A stretch of DNA of 64,000 nucleotides from an uncultured Gemmatimonadales bacterium (lineage in GTDB: Bacteria; Gemmatimonadota; Gemmatimonadetes; Palauibacterales; Palauibacteraceae): contig CAWANJ010000003.1 in NCBI GenBank assembly GCA_963783385.1, positions 320,001 to 384,000 on the forward strand, written 5' to 3'. The first letter of the stretch is position 1. Each line of letters begins with the position of its first letter. Positions 50,800 through 59,841 of this stretch are shown piece by piece. Under the pieces are notes generated by a model. The model was not told where the DNA came from and searched no databases. It worked only from the letters and a program-made list of their open reading frames with translations. A program made the translations under genes and the position numbers.

Positions 50800-51390
50800 C
50801 TGAACGTCTCGCTCACCCCAGAGCTGGTCGCGTTCATCGACGCCAAGGTGGCCTCGGGATCCTTCCGAAGCCGGAGTGAGGTCGTGCGGCACGCCCTCCG
50901 GACTCTTCAGATGAGGGAGCCCCAGATGAGGGAGCCCGTGCCACGGCCGTCGCTCCGATCTCCAGCTCGATCCTCTCCGGACGGGTCGACTGGACCAGCC
51001 CCCCCGACGAGCTGCTCCCGACCCGGTTGGCCGACGCACAGCCTGGCGCTGGACGCGGAGATCCGTGGCGTGATCAAGCCCATACGGGCGGTTCAGGACC
51101 GGATTCGGGAGGTCGTGTTCGCGCAGCGATGCGTCGATCCGAGAATCGTGGTGCGCGGGGAGCGCCGTCCGTCGTCCGACGTGCCGCCGGGCCAGGCCGG
51201 GCACGGTACCGGGCCGGCGCTCACCGTCAGTCTGCTCGTGAAGTCCGTCGGGACCCCGTTGCTCGGTGGTCGGCAGGAGATGGAGTACGTCCTTCAGGAT
51301 CGACTCGGACTCCCGATGTTCGTCGAGTTCGAGGACGTGTGGCTCGAGCGGGCCCAACGGGATGACGTTGTCGCTGTGGTTCCCCTGTGA
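50800..51390 (+). CDS. ParD-like ribbon-helix-helix protein with a C-terminal degenerate nucleotidyltransferase-like domain
   Basis: NVSLTPELVAFIDAKVASGSFRSRSEVVRHALRTL matches the ParD-type RHH pattern; GGAGG RBS then CTG at 50800 (alternative TTG at 50755). Confidence 0.65.
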   Translation: MNVSLTPELVAFIDAKVASGSFRSRSEVVRHALRTLQMREPQMREPVPRPSLRSPARSSPDGSTGPAPPTSCSRPGWPTHSLALDAEIRGVIKPIRAVQDRIREVVFAQRCVDPRIVVRGERRPSSDVPPGQAGHGTGPALTVSLLVKSVGTPLLGGRQEMEYVLQDRLGLPMFVEFEDVWLERAQRDDVVAVVPL

Positions 51391-52499
51391 CCTGTGAGCG
51401 GTGTCGACGGACGCAGCAGGCGCGCCACCGCCTCCTCGGCATCGAGGCGGTCCAGGCTCACGGCCTTCCCCTCGGGCGCGCCCTCCTGCAGCCACCGGCT
51501 CACGATGAGGCTGGGCACCAGCTCCTCGGGCGGGAACACGGGCTCGGCCCGGAGCTCGGCCACGCGCACCGCGTAGCACGCGTCGCGGATCGCCTCGGGC
51601 AGCGGTGCTACGCCGTTCCCGCCGTCGATCCTGGCCTCCCTCCGCTCGAGCACGCGGCCGCGGGCCACGGGAACCAGGACGCGGAGGTCGGGCCGCGCGT
51701 GCGGGAGCAGGATGAGCCAGGAGCGGTCGAGCCATGGCTTGTGGCTGGCGCCGCGCAGGAGCTCGAGCTCGTCCAGCCATCCCAGGCGCCGCTGCGCGTC
51801 GGCCGCCGCCTCGTAGTCCAGCTCCGCGGCTCGCCGGTCCCGCTCCTCCAGCAGGCCGGCCCGTACCGCCCGCGCGTGCGCCGCGTCGTCCAGGGTGCGC
51901 TCCGCCTCACGCACCTGGGCCCTGTAGCGGTTCAGCCCGGCCTCCCCAATGCAGGGGGCCGTGCACAGGCCGATGCCGAGCTGGGCGCAGGGCGAGCCCC
52001 GTGGATCGGGCCGCAGGGGGCCCTTGCAGGCGCGCAGCCGGAAGATCTTGCGGACCAGCTCGGTCATCTCCGTGGGGAGGCGGCGGCCCCGGAAGGGACC
52101 GAAGTAGCGCGCGCCGGGCTTGCGGGCCGAGCGCACGACGCGCAGCCGCGGGTAGGGCCGGGACCAGTCGATCTCGATGAACCAGCCGTTGGAGCGGTTC
52201 TTCAGGGCCCGGTTGAAGCGCGGCCGCCCGGAGACGATGCGCTCGGCCTCCTCGAGCCGAGCCTCCAGGTCGGTGCCGGTGGGCCGCACGTGCACGCGCC
52301 GCGCCAGGCGGACCATCTGAGCGATGCGCTCGTCGCTGGGCCCGCCTCCGTAGAAGTAGCCGCGCACCCGCCGGTGCAGGTTGACGCTCTTCCCCACGTA
52401 CAGCAGGGTGCCGTGCCCGTCCTCGAACTGGTAGACGCCCGGGCGCTTCGGGAGATCTTCGGGGACCCAGTCGGGGACCGGCGATCGGCGGGGCGACAT
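51294..52499 (-). CDS. UvrC-like GIY-YIG endonuclease with UVR (UvrB/C) motif (Cho-like)
   Basis: LPKRPGVYQF..LLYVGKSVNLHRRVRGYF, ARLEE, PRFN, YFGPF, C...C...CTAPC, AELDYEAAA; lacks the RNase H and HhH C-terminus of UvrC. Confidence 0.8.
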   Translation of the reverse strand: MSPRRSPVPDWVPEDLPKRPGVYQFEDGHGTLLYVGKSVNLHRRVRGYFYGGGPSDERIAQMVRLARRVHVRPTGTDLEARLEEAERIVSGRPRFNRALKNRSNGWFIEIDWSRPYPRLRVVRSARKPGARYFGPFRGRRLPTEMTELVRKIFRLRACKGPLRPDPRGSPCAQLGIGLCTAPCIGEAGLNRYRAQVREAERTLDDAAHARAVRAGLLEERDRRAAELDYEAAADAQRRLGWLDELELLRGASHKPWLDRSWLILLPHARPDLRVLVPVARGRVLERREARIDGGNGVAPLPEAIRDACYAVRVAELRAEPVFPPEELVPSLIVSRWLQEGAPEGKAVSLDRLDAEEAVARLLRPSTPLTGHRGTTATTSSRWARSSHTSSNSTNIGSPSRS

Positions 52500-52521
52500 G
52501 CGTGCGGGGTCTCCGGCGGGG

Positions 52522-53775
52522 TCAGAAGGTGCGGTCTTCCGCCGGGCCTTCCGCCGGGCCTTCCACCGGGCCTTCCGCCGGCGCGCCACCGTTCCCGATC
52601 TCCTCGTCCAGGAGGGTGGCGGGGTCCCAGCGCTCGATCATGCTCACGAAGGGCTCGACCAGGTCGGGGTCCAGGTGGGTCCCCGCGTTCTCGCGCAGGA
52701 TCCCCACCACCGTCTCCGCGGGCAGGGGCGCCCGGTAGCGGCGCCGGGTGCGCAGGGCGTCGTAGAAGTCGCACACCTGCACCAGGCGGCTGGCCAGCAT
52801 GGTGGTCCGCGGGAAACGGGTGCGCGGATAGCCCCCGCCCTCGGACCCGATGTGGTGCTCGTAGGCGACGACGGCCGGCAGGGCCATCTCGTCGCCGCTG
52901 TCGAGCAGGATGCGGCAGCCTTCGACCGGATGGCGCTCGATGACGGCGCGCTCCTCGTCGGTCAGTCGGCCCGGCTTGTTCAGGATGTCGGACGGCACGG
53001 TCACCTTGCCCACGTCGTGCAGGAGCCCGGCGGCGCCGATCCCGCGCACGGCCACGGCCGGGAGCCCCATCTCCTCCGCCAGGGACATGGCGAGGATGGC
53101 CACGTTGATGCAATGACCCGCCGTGTACTGGTCGGTCTCCTTGAGCGTCAGGAAGGGGGCGATGAGCCGCTGCGCCCCGTGCATTCCGACCGACAGCGAC
53201 TGGACGATGGCCAGCGTCTCGGCCACCGGGACGGCGCCGGTCTCCCCCGCCTCCTCGTGCAGCCACTCCAGGGCGCCGGCTTCCTCGGCGAGCTTCACGC
53301 CGCCCAGGTCGTGCTGGCCCCGACCCTCGGCGTCCGGGTCGCGAAAGCCGAGCGGTCCGAAGCGCGCGTGGGCGAGCTGGAAGGTCGGCGCGTCGGGCGT
53401 CGCGGCTCCGGGCGGGCTCCCCGTGGCCTCGGCGCCTTCCCCACGGAGCCGCTCCTCGATGGCCTCCAGGAGGGCGGCGACCTCGTCGCGCTCGATCCCG
53501 CGCCGGAACTCCAGGCGGCCCACGTGCGCCTCCTCGAGGCGGGCCGGCCATCCCGCGGCCCTCAGCTCCCGCAGCGGACTGTCCGCGTACACGACCTCGC
53601 CCTCCAGGATGGAGAAGGAGGGGCGCGGATCGAAGCTCAGGAGGTCGGTCAGGGAGCGGTGCACCTCCGCCACCAGGGCGCGGCGATGGGGGTGGTCGGA
53701 CCGGTACAGGCTGGCCGCCGAGAAGTAGCGCCACAGCGTGGTCAGGAACCCGGTGGCCCGTCCCGGCGCGCTCAC
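52522..53775 (-). CDS. HD-GYP phosphodiesterase with an uncharacterised N-terminal domain
   Basis: DQYTAGH, LLHDVGK, ILNKPGRLT, HP..G, EHH...GGGYP, VCDFYDAL; C-terminal EGPA repeats from a 12-bp tandem repeat at 52533-52581. Confidence 0.85.
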   Translation of the reverse strand: MSAPGRATGFLTTLWRYFSAASLYRSDHPHRRALVAEVHRSLTDLLSFDPRPSFSILEGEVVYADSPLRELRAAGWPARLEEAHVGRLEFRRGIERDEVAALLEAIEERLRGEGAEATGSPPGAATPDAPTFQLAHARFGPLGFRDPDAEGRGQHDLGGVKLAEEAGALEWLHEEAGETGAVPVAETLAIVQSLSVGMHGAQRLIAPFLTLKETDQYTAGHCINVAILAMSLAEEMGLPAVAVRGIGAAGLLHDVGKVTVPSDILNKPGRLTDEERAVIERHPVEGCRILLDSGDEMALPAVVAYEHHIGSEGGGYPRTRFPRTTMLASRLVQVCDFYDALRTRRRYRAPLPAETVVGILRENAGTHLDPDLVEPFVSMIERWDPATLLDEEIGNGGAPAEGPVEGPAEGPAEDRTF

Positions 53776-55835
53776 GGGGCGGCCCGTACGTCGGGATGGG
53801 CGAGGAGCTCGCGGACGGCCGGGTCCTCGGGCCATCGCCGCGCCAGCCCGGACGCGGCCTCCCGCACCACGGGGGAGTCGGGCCGGGGGCGCCGCCGCCA
53901 GAACAGGATGGGGCGACGGCGCAGGCACAGGTCCAGGAGGGCGCGCTTCGCCTGCGGGGCATCCGACAGCGACAGGGCGCGGACCGCCGTCACCCGCAGC
54001 TCGCTCGGCAGCTCCGCGTCCCCGGCCAGGCGGGCGAGGCGGGGGATGAGCCCGGGCTCCAGGGCGCGCGCGCCCTCCAGGGCACCGAATCCGAGGCTCA
54101 GGGTGCGGGGGTCGGTCGCCTGGAGGCAGAGGTCGATGGCCTCGGCCCGCGTGTCGGGATCTTGGAGAAGGTGTTTGTAGGCTTCACGGCGCACGTGCGC
54201 GTTCTCGTGCACGGCGAACGGGCGCGCGGAGAAGCCCGCCGGCGCGCCGATCTCGTAGAGCAGGGCCAGCATGTTGCGCTGCACGAACCAGCGCTCGTCG
54301 CCCAGCCGCGACATCACGAGCCCGCCAATGTCGTCGCCCAGCGCCGCGAGAATCGAGAACGCCTTGCTGCGGGCCGACCGGTCCTGTGACTCGATGAGGA
54401 TGTCGAGGAGGGGCTCGGTGACCAGTCCCGGGTCGTGCGGCGCCAGCTGTCCCAGGGCCTCGAACTCCGGCGGCTGGCTGGCGAGCAGGTCGCGCACCAC
54501 CTCGGGTCGGGTCAGCCGCTGCCACAGGTCCGCGGCGACCTCGCTCCCCTCGGGGGCGGCGTGCACGATCCCGATGATCTCGGCCCAGCGCCTGGCCGTC
54601 CGCAGCGAGGCCACGGCGCGCTCGCCCGCCGGGCCCAGCCGGTCCACCTCGACGGCCATCTGGAGCATGCGCAGCGCCTCCGGGGCGTGCTGGGCGTCGA
54701 CCAGGGGGAGGCCGGCCAGCTCTCCGGTGGGGTCGCTCATGCGGCGCAGGGCCTCGCCGTAGGCGCTGTCGCTGGAGACCGGCTCGTCGCCCCAGCCCGT
54801 GATCGCCCTGCGCACCTGGTCGCGCAGGGCGTGGTCGGCCTCCTCGGTGGACAGGGCGCCCTCGACCTGCGCGTGCCCGGAGAGCTTGACCAGGATGCGG
54901 AGCATCCAGTGCGACACGTCGATGTCGCCCAGGTCGGAGGAGGTCTCGACGAGACGGACCAGCAGGTCGGAGGGGAGCCACGCCGTGGTGACCTCGAGGA
55001 GCTCCTGGCGGTCGGACGAGCGCAGGCCGTTCTCCAGGACGCGCCGCACGTCGGGCCGGGCCAGCACCCGGAACAGCCCGGTGAACCGGTCCCGCAGATC
55101 GAACTCCCCGTCCGGGTGCTTCAGCTCGTGCGCGATCTCGAGCAGGATCCGGCCGATGGACTCCATGCCCTCCTGCTCGCGGAGGGCGGTGATGGCCTTC
55201 GCCACCGCGGCGGGGTCCACCCGGCTGGCGGTGGCCATGACCTCGGGGGTGGGCTGCCGCTCCCAGGACCCGTCGGCCAGCTCGTACGGCAGGGCCCTGG
55301 CCGCCTGGCCCAGGCCGAGCCACAGGCGGGCCGCGCGCCGGTCCCGGTCCTCGAGGGCGTCGTCCGGGGACAGCTCCTCCAGGGTGAGACGCTCGTAGTG
55401 CCGGGGCTCGATCCATACGTGGGGCCAGCGGGCCGCCATGCCGGCGCGGCGACCCAGCCGGTCCTCGTCGCTGGCGGGGCGCTCGCGGACCGCGGTCAGG
55501 AGGGCCCCCAGCTCGGAGCGGCTCGTGCCCGGATCGAAGCCGAAGGAGGACAGGTCGTGCTCGTGCAGCCGGCGGGCCAGGCCCGGGAGGTGGGAGGAGC
55601 CCGTGTCGGTCCAGGCCCCTTCGAACAGGAAGCGGTCCGGGGCCACGGTGAACTGGAGCGCTCCACGCTCCTCCAGCAGGGGCGCGAGGCGCTCGTGCAG
55701 GTCGGCCGCCAGGTCACCCAGGGCGGGGTGGCCGGGAGGATACAGGCCGAAGCGCTGCACCGCGCGCGCGAGCGCGCTCAGCCACTTTTCGATGTGTGAC
55801 GGTACAGCCTGGGCCGGCTCCCGGGTCACGGTCAC
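53772..55835 (-). CDS. HEAT-repeat protein
   Basis: LYPPGHP N-terminal domain; DERWFVQRNMLALL, HVRREAYK, LRVTAVRAL, VVREAASGL HEAT repeats. Confidence 0.75.
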   Translation of the reverse strand: MTVTREPAQAVPSHIEKWLSALARAVQRFGLYPPGHPALGDLAADLHERLAPLLEERGALQFTVAPDRFLFEGAWTDTGSSHLPGLARRLHEHDLSSFGFDPGTSRSELGALLTAVRERPASDEDRLGRRAGMAARWPHVWIEPRHYERLTLEELSPDDALEDRDRRAARLWLGLGQAARALPYELADGSWERQPTPEVMATASRVDPAAVAKAITALREQEGMESIGRILLEIAHELKHPDGEFDLRDRFTGLFRVLARPDVRRVLENGLRSSDRQELLEVTTAWLPSDLLVRLVETSSDLGDIDVSHWMLRILVKLSGHAQVEGALSTEEADHALRDQVRRAITGWGDEPVSSDSAYGEALRRMSDPTGELAGLPLVDAQHAPEALRMLQMAVEVDRLGPAGERAVASLRTARRWAEIIGIVHAAPEGSEVAADLWQRLTRPEVVRDLLASQPPEFEALGQLAPHDPGLVTEPLLDILIESQDRSARSKAFSILAALGDDIGGLVMSRLGDERWFVQRNMLALLYEIGAPAGFSARPFAVHENAHVRREAYKHLLQDPDTRAEAIDLCLQATDPRTLSLGFGALEGARALEPGLIPRLARLAGDAELPSELRVTAVRALSLSDAPQAKRALLDLCLRRRPILFWRRRPRPDSPVVREAASGLARRWPEDPAVRELLAHPDVRAAP

Positions 55836-55848
55836 CTCAGCCGGGGGA

Positions 55849-56895
55849 TCAGGGGTGGAGGGCGCGCTCCCGCTCGACCACCTTGAGGGCCGCGTCCACG
55901 ATGCGCGGATCGAACTGACGGCCGCGCTCCCGGCGGAGCTCGGCGATGGCTTCCTCGGCCGACTCGGCCTCGCGGAAGGGCCGGTCGTGGGTGATGGCCT
56001 CGAACGCGTCGGCCACCGCCACGATGCGGCCGGGCAGGGGGATGTCCTCGCCGGCGAGCCCGCGCGGATAGCCCGACCCGTCCCAGCGCTCGTGGTGGGT
56101 GTAGGCGATCTCCCGCGCCAGCTGCATCACCGGCAGGTCGCTGGCCGAGAGGATGCGCGCGCCGTTCGTGGCGTGCGTCATCATGATCTTGCGCTCGTCG
56201 TCGTCGAGCTGGCCGCTCTTGAGGAGGATGCGGTCCGGGACGACGATCATGCCCACGTCGTGGAGCGGCGCCGCGTCCCGGACGTGGCCCACCTCGTCGT
56301 CGGACAGCCCGAGCTCGGTGGCGATCCGGGCCGACAGCTCGCCCACGCGCTCGGCGTGTTGCTCGGTCTTGAAGTCACGGTACTCGACCAGGCGGGCCAG
56401 GATGTGGAGGACGCTGAGCTCGGCCCGTTCGGCCTTCTGCCGGAGGTCCTCCATGGCGCCGCGCTCGGCGCGGGCCTCCTCCGAGCCCTCCTCGCTGAGC
56501 AGGCGCCGGGTCTCCAGGACGCGGTGCACCCGGAGTCCCACCTCGACCGGGTCCAGCGGCTTGCGGAGGAGGTCCTGCACGCCCGCCTCGACCACGCCGA
56601 GGCGGGTGCCCTCGGACTCGCCCCCCGACAGGCCCAGGACCGCGGGCCGCGGGAAGTCGGCTTCCCGCCCGGCCAGGTCCCGAAGGATCTGCTCGGCGGC
56701 CGGATCGGTCACCCCCAGGTCCAGGAGGAGGAGGTCGGGCTGGAAGCGCCCACAGAAATAGAGTGTCTCCCTGGGCTCGGTGGTGCTTTCGATCCGATGG
56801 TAGGCCGCGTCGGACAGGATCCGCTCGAGCTCGCCCACCACGGAGCGGTCCGCATCCACGATCAGGATCTTTGCGTCCAGCGCCTCGAATGCCAC
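55849..56895 (-). CDS. Response regulator with HD-GYP output (RpfG-like)
   Basis: KILIVDAD, PDLLLLD, DLLRKP receiver; EYRD..T..H..RV, LHDVGM, HHERWDGSGYP, RIVAVADAFEA, GRQFDP. Confidence 0.88.
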   Translation of the reverse strand: MAFEALDAKILIVDADRSVVGELERILSDAAYHRIESTTEPRETLYFCGRFQPDLLLLDLGVTDPAAEQILRDLAGREADFPRPAVLGLSGGESEGTRLGVVEAGVQDLLRKPLDPVEVGLRVHRVLETRRLLSEEGSEEARAERGAMEDLRQKAERAELSVLHILARLVEYRDFKTEQHAERVGELSARIATELGLSDDEVGHVRDAAPLHDVGMIVVPDRILLKSGQLDDDERKIMMTHATNGARILSASDLPVMQLAREIAYTHHERWDGSGYPRGLAGEDIPLPGRIVAVADAFEAITHDRPFREAESAEEAIAELRRERGRQFDPRIVDAALKVVERERALHP

Positions 56896-57185
56896 GGGTT
56901 CCTCGGGTCTCGGAGGGTCGAGGTGGGCGGTCCGGACTTTGCACTTTCTTCGTGACCGCCCGTCGGCGTCGTGGCCCGACCGAGTGCATAAGCTGTGCGC
57001 GCTCGCGGCCCTGCGCAACACGCGCGACGCGGGGCGGGGACATGGAGAGGAGGGGCGGGTGCGCGCAGCCGTTCGCGCTCCCGATCGCGGGTCCGCACGC
57101 GCGGCCGGTCGCTGGATGAGGCCGGAGGACGTGAGCCGCGGAGGGCCCAGCGAAGCCCGGTGGACGTGGCATCGTAAGTCAAGGC

Positions 57186-59405
57186 ATGGCAATGGCTAAG
57201 GTATCTGAACTCAAGACAGAGGCGCGGCGGGAGGAGGCGGCCGGTAACCACCGGCGGGCCATCCAGCTCTACCTGCGCGCCCTGGAGGAGGGACGGAGCG
57301 CCGAGTACTCGACGCCCGACCCGGGCCTGTCCGTTCGGATCGCCGACCTGAACTTCCGCGAGGGCGAGCCCGGACGTGCCATCGAATACTACCGGCAGGC
57401 CGCCGAGCTTTACGCGGAACAGGGGCTTATTACCAATGCCATTGCAGTTTGCAACAAGATCCTCCGGGTCTTTCCGTACGAGATCGAGTGCTACCGGACC
57501 ATGGCCCGGCTCCACCTCGAAGTGGGGCTCGTGGCCGAGGCCCGTAAGAACCTCCTCCACTACGTCGACACGGTGAGCGAGCGCGGGGAGCCCCGCGCCG
57601 CCCGCGTGGCCATGCGCGACTTCCTCGAGCGCGCCCCCGACGAGGAGGTGGCCGAGCGCCTGGCGCGCAGCCTCCAGGACGAGGGGTATGCCAAGGAGGC
57701 CGTCAATGCCCTGCGGGACGTGTGGTTCCGCCGCGCCGACCGCGGCGAGTCCAACGCGGAGCTCGAGACCCGCATCCGCGACCTGCTCCCCGGCGAGGAG
57801 CCGGCGGACTGGGAGCCCGGCGACGAGGCGGAGGACCTTTCCGAGCCGGCCGACGTGGAGGACGCGATCGAGGCCGCGCTCCGGGAGCCCGAGCCCGAGG
57901 CCGAGCCCGAGTCCGAGCTCGAGGACGCAGGACAGCCCGAAGTGTCCGCCGTGTCCTGGCTCGACGAGCCCGCCGCGGAGGAGGAGTTCGCCGCGGAGTG
58001 GGAGCCCGAGCCCGACGAGTCCGCGTTCCCCGAGGTCCAGGTCTACCGCTACGAGGTGAGCCGGGAGTTCGCGGCGCGGCAGGGCGAGGCCGCCGACGAA
58101 GAGGAGCCCGCCGCGGCTCTGGAGCCGCAGGAAGAGGCAGAGGCAGAGGAGGAGCCCGCGCGCGAGGAGGAGTGGGCCGAGGTATGGCCCGAGCGGCTGG
58201 AGCTGGTGGGACAGTACCGCGAGCTCATGTCGCGAGCGCGGAGCCTGGCGACCGAGTTCGGTCGCGAGCCCCCGGCGTGGAGCCGGGCCGTCGAGAGCGA
58301 GACGATGGAGCCGGAGGCGGCGACGCGGCCGGCCAGTTCATTCCCAGAGATCGAGAGCGGGGGAGCCATGTCCGAGCAGACCGAGGATCGCAACGGGACC
58401 TGGGATTCCGGGGCCGACACGTCAGGCCACTCCGGGAGCTCGGGAGAGGACTCGTTCGGCTCGGGCTGGGAGCCGTGGCCGACCCACGAACCGGAGACCG
58501 CGGAGACGGAACCCGAAACGATGGAGGAAGACATGTCCGTGATCGAGACCTCGGAGGCCGAGGCCTCCACCACGGAAGTCGAGGAGTCGGCCGAGCCGTT
58601 CGCCGCCGAGCCGGCGGTCGCGGGAGCGGCGGAAACGAGCCACTCCAACGGCCACGCGCCGAGCGCGTCGGCGGGGCGGGGTGAGGGCGCCGAGCTGGGC
58701 GAGAGGGCCGAGCTCCGCCGCGGCCTCGAGCTGCTGGACGAGCTCCTGGAGCTCTCCCCCGACAACATGGACCTGCGTCGCCGCAAGGTCGCCTACGCCC
58801 GCCGCCTGGCGGACCCGGGGACGCTGAGCGACGCCTACCTGGCGCTGGCCGAGGGGCTGGCCGAGCGCGGCTCCCGGCGCAGCGCGCGGATCCTGTACGA
58901 GCAGGTGCTGTCGCTGGACGAGGAGAACGATACGGCCCAGACGGGCCTGGCCCGGCTCGACGCGGTCGAGCTGCAGGAGAAGCGGCGCCGGGGCGGCCAG
59001 GAGGCCGACCTGCCGTCCGCCGGTGCGGCGGACCGCGAGGCGCGCAAGGCGCTGGGCGAGAGGCTGTGGACCGAGTTCGAGATGACGATCCGCGAGCTTC
59101 CGTGGCTGCACGCGGCCACCCAGAGCTTCCAGGCCGTCGGGCCGGACCGGCAGCCGGCGCTCGAGACCTTCCAGATGATGGCGCACTACTTCATGGCGCG
59201 CGGCCGGTACGACCAGGCGGCCGAGGTGCTGTCGGCGGCGCTCGACCTCTCGGACCGGAGGGACGAGGAGCTGGTGGACGTGCTCTACTACCTGGGCGTG
59301 GCGCGCCGCCGCCTGGGCGAGGATGCCGCGGCCGACGAGCTGTTCGAGCGCGTGGCCCGCGTCGACGCGGACTTCCGCGAGTCGCTGGAGGTGCTGGGCG
59401 ACTGA
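57186..59405 (+). CDS. TPR-repeat protein with a long acidic linker
   Basis: N-terminal TPRs (AIEYYRQAAELYAEQG..NAIAVCNKILR), E/P/A-rich middle, C-terminal TPRs (VLYYLG...ARVDADFRE). Confidence 0.75.
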   Translation: MAMAKVSELKTEARREEAAGNHRRAIQLYLRALEEGRSAEYSTPDPGLSVRIADLNFREGEPGRAIEYYRQAAELYAEQGLITNAIAVCNKILRVFPYEIECYRTMARLHLEVGLVAEARKNLLHYVDTVSERGEPRAARVAMRDFLERAPDEEVAERLARSLQDEGYAKEAVNALRDVWFRRADRGESNAELETRIRDLLPGEEPADWEPGDEAEDLSEPADVEDAIEAALREPEPEAEPESELEDAGQPEVSAVSWLDEPAAEEEFAAEWEPEPDESAFPEVQVYRYEVSREFAARQGEAADEEEPAAALEPQEEAEAEEEPAREEEWAEVWPERLELVGQYRELMSRARSLATEFGREPPAWSRAVESETMEPEAATRPASSFPEIESGGAMSEQTEDRNGTWDSGADTSGHSGSSGEDSFGSGWEPWPTHEPETAETEPETMEEDMSVIETSEAEASTTEVEESAEPFAAEPAVAGAAETSHSNGHAPSASAGRGEGAELGERAELRRGLELLDELLELSPDNMDLRRRKVAYARRLADPGTLSDAYLALAEGLAERGSRRSARILYEQVLSLDEENDTAQTGLARLDAVELQEKRRRGGQEADLPSAGAADREARKALGERLWTEFEMTIRELPWLHAATQSFQAVGPDRQPALETFQMMAHYFMARGRYDQAAEVLSAALDLSDRRDEELVDVLYYLGVARRRLGEDAAADELFERVARVDADFRESLEVLGD

Positions 59406-59440
59406 GCCGCGGCCCGCACGCGGCGAACGGAGCCCGCCGA

Positions 59441-59470
59441 CGAGGGGGCCGGGGAGACCCGGCCCCCTCG
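59441..59470 (+). terminator. Hairpin after the TPR gene
   Basis: CGAGGGGGCCGGG-GAGA-CCCGGCCCCCTCG, 13-bp stem with a GNRA loop. Confidence 0.6.
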
Positions 59471-59496
59471 GTGCATCGGGGTACGAGCGCGGCGCG

Positions 59497-59516
59497 CTCT
59501 ACTTGTACAAGTAGAG
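59497..59516. promoter_or_regulatory. Perfect 20-bp palindrome
   Basis: CTCTACTTGTACAAGTAGAG equals its reverse complement; AT-rich in a GC-rich context. Confidence 0.55.
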
Positions 59517-59841
59517 GGCTTGCGGGTGGTGCCGCTCGTTGGGAGCCGCTGACCCTCCCATCGACCAACTCGACAACTGGTTACGCGGTGAGCGTGACGC
59601 CCCGATGACGCATGGCGCGCGACCGTGCGCTTTCCCCCCTCTCTCCTCTCCCGCTATTTGTCCTTGGAATATGTCAGACAAATCCCCACACGATCCGTCC
59701 ACCTTTGCCCCACGGCGGCGAGCCTTTCCGCACGGCATCCTGGGAGCGTAGTCGAGACTCAGTCTCACCTGGGCGCCGCCAGGAGCGGAAGCGGCGCGAA
59801 CGCGAACGCGAAGAGGCAGACCGAAACCCGGGGGTACCGTG

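Noticed and set aside
50571-51390. Integrative element or prophage at tRNA-Pro
   Set aside because: No integrase, no duplicated tRNA 3' end (att site) and no phage genes seen; at most a small islet.
52533-52581. 12-bp tandem repeat (and the 21-bp repeat at 63088-63140)
   Set aside because: In-frame coding repeats giving low-complexity linkers (EGPA, ADGGAAA); no further significance seen.
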